NCBI GenBank assembly: GCA_030770535.1
Contig: JASVEC010000018.1
Span: forward strand, 930,001-994,000
Origin: Batkoa obscura
Taxonomy: Eukaryota
Length of the DNA stretch: 64,000 nucleotides
Reading direction: 5' to 3'
Part shown: positions 62,464 to 64,000 of the stretch, piece after piece
Layout: each line of letters begins with the position of its first letter
Numbering within the stretch: position 1 is the stretch's first letter
Program-made: the position numbers and the translations under genes
Notes under the pieces: model-generated
The model's input: only the letters and a program-made list of their open reading frames with translations
Databases searched by the model: none
What the model was told of the DNA's origin: nothing

Positions 62464-62562
62464 GAGGTTGTTTTTTTTGGCTTCATTACTTTTTCCATTT
62501 TTTAAGCACTATTTGGGCAAGAAAATTTGTTAGTAAATTCTCAAACACGGGAATATATCCCC
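62464..62562 (+). mobile_element. MITE copy
   Basis: GAGGTTGT...ATATCCCC; flanks ATTT/GTTT. Confidence 0.82.
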
Positions 62563-62613
62563 GTTTATTTAGAATTAAATATATAGAATATTAATTAAGT
62601 CAAAGTAATAGAT

Positions 62614-62685
62614 GGCTTAGTGGTCTAGTGGTATGATTCTCGCTTTGGGTGCGAGAGGCCCTGGGTTCAATTCCCAGCTGAGCCC
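62614..62685 (+). tRNA. tRNA-Pro (anticodon TGG), intronless
   Basis: Acceptor GGCTTAG/CTGAGCC; A-box TGGTCTAGTGG; anticodon arm CTCGC-TTTGGGT-GCGAG; T-loop GGTTCAATTCC; downstream T-run. Confidence 0.97.
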
Positions 62686-62755
62686 TGATATATTTACTTT
62701 TATAAACAGTTATAGCAAACTTGTATCATGAAAATATCCCATTTTTTTAATATAT

Positions 62756-64000
62756 GGGGTTGTCTGAATTAGTTTCATTATTTTTTAAAATTTGTATTCT
62801 AAAACTTTGCTTAAAATTCTATAAAATCATATCTTTTATTAAAAAAAGTACCCGGAAACAGTTCTAAATCATTCTATTATAGCTCATATTGTAAGTTAGT
62901 TGAATTTCTACTAGATCTTAAATACACACATTCTTATGAAACTTTATTGAGAAATATTTATTATCAACTGCTTTATAACCAACATTGTATATTTATTATC
63001 AAATAAGTAAACTACTTTAATGTTATAATTACATTATCAATATATTGCCAAGTTAATAAATAGCTGCATGGGAGGGAGTGATTAGCCCCAAAACTATAAT
63101 TAACCACCTCTATATAGTACAAGTAATAGTAGTTTTTACATGTTACAATTACTTGTTCTTTGAGTATTTATTAACTTAGCTATTAATAACTTAAGTAATC
63201 TTAACATTTAATATATTTCTATCATTCAACAAACTACTTACTTGTTTAGTAAATATCGAAATTTTTAAATTCTCTGTTATCTTCGTAAGGTAAGCTGGGA
63301 TCGATCTTTTAATTTTTCTATTTTCTATAGACTCTATAACTCTAATTGTAACTATATCGCTTTTTTTGATGTATCAGATACTGGATAATAATGTAGTTTA
63401 TTGTTATGTTTGATAAAGTGTAAATACTTCTTAATCCTTTGCATCTCTATTATTCTTTTTGTATTTTTGTTTCTTTTATACTTTTTAAAAATTATATCTG
63501 TTTTCCCATTATTAATAGTCGAGTTATTAATTTTATTATGCTCGCAAATAAAAGCCTCAAATCTTGAAATTAATTGATCGATATCTTCTATTTTACCTAA
63601 CGCTTCAAAACTACTTTTCCATTTTGAAAGGTTTCCAAAATGTCCATCAACTATACTTTTTCCATGATGCTCCAGCAAAAAAATTAAGATTAACATTCAA
63701 ACTACTATTTATTTTATGAATTTCTTTAAACATATAGTGTAGAAACTCTTGGGATCTAAAATCATTTCCTGTATCTGCCCATATATTAATTTTTGTAAAC
63801 TTTTTAAATAGAAGCTCTGTAGAGATCAAATTGATTAAACAATCTCCTGCATATGCTGAATCATGGTGATTCAATATTTCAGACAAATAATCAAAGTAAA
63901 CTTTGCCTATTGTTTTATCATCTTTTAAATATAATACACCAAAGCCTAATACTGATATAGCTTGTTTATTATAATGATCTAGATTTATTGAATTTGGTCT
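62756..64000 (-). mobile_element. Sola2-like DNA transposon (one end plus frameshifted DDD transposase C-terminal part; runs off the window)
   Basis: YLSEILNHHDS...IWADTGNDFRSQE...NFFA/EHHGKSIVDGHFG with a frameshift near 63675 (ORFs 63647-63886 and 63352-63696); ATAT-flanked terminus GGGGTTGTCTGAATTAGTTTCATTA at 62756. Confidence 0.7.

Noticed and set aside
137..62562. Recurrent ~98-bp repeat as a CRISPR array or ncRNA/SINE
   Set aside because: Dispersed in both orientations, with TIRs and TSDs; no regular spacers, cas genes, Pol III boxes or poly-A tail

Overview
Very AT-rich eukaryotic DNA with short GT-AG introns; the gene content points to a fungus, probably an early-diverging lineage (inference). 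It has two kinds of compartment. (1) Compact, mostly intron-rich housekeeping blocks at about 12.9-22.4 kb and 29.8-46.9 kb: cyclophilin E, carboxylesterase, phosducin-like Plp2, Yar1-like ankyrin, UBC8, LRR protein, GH16/hevein protein, bHLH factor, ZCCHC9-like, MRPL20, PMS1/PMS2, PIG-P, Utp8/NOL11-like, HAD/2H RNA-repair-like protein. (2) Repeat-rich accessory zones at 0-12.4 kb, 23.7-29 kb and 47.4-64 kb. These hold a tandem array of LITAF genes interleaved head-to-head with decayed copies of an intronless KDM3-like JmjC demethylase (intact copy at 25.8-29.0 kb), an unannotated 8-Cys small secreted protein family, about 27 copies of a ~98-bp MITE with GRG...CYC ends and 4-bp TSDs, a matching Sola2-like transposase remnant beside tRNA-Pro, and four ~460-bp solo-LTR-like elements. 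Notable oddities are two sharply bounded near-identical tracts between otherwise diverged paralogues (possible gene conversion) and a PMS1/PMS2 mismatch-repair gene carrying several slippage-type lesions. All calls are by eye from motifs; no database search was run.
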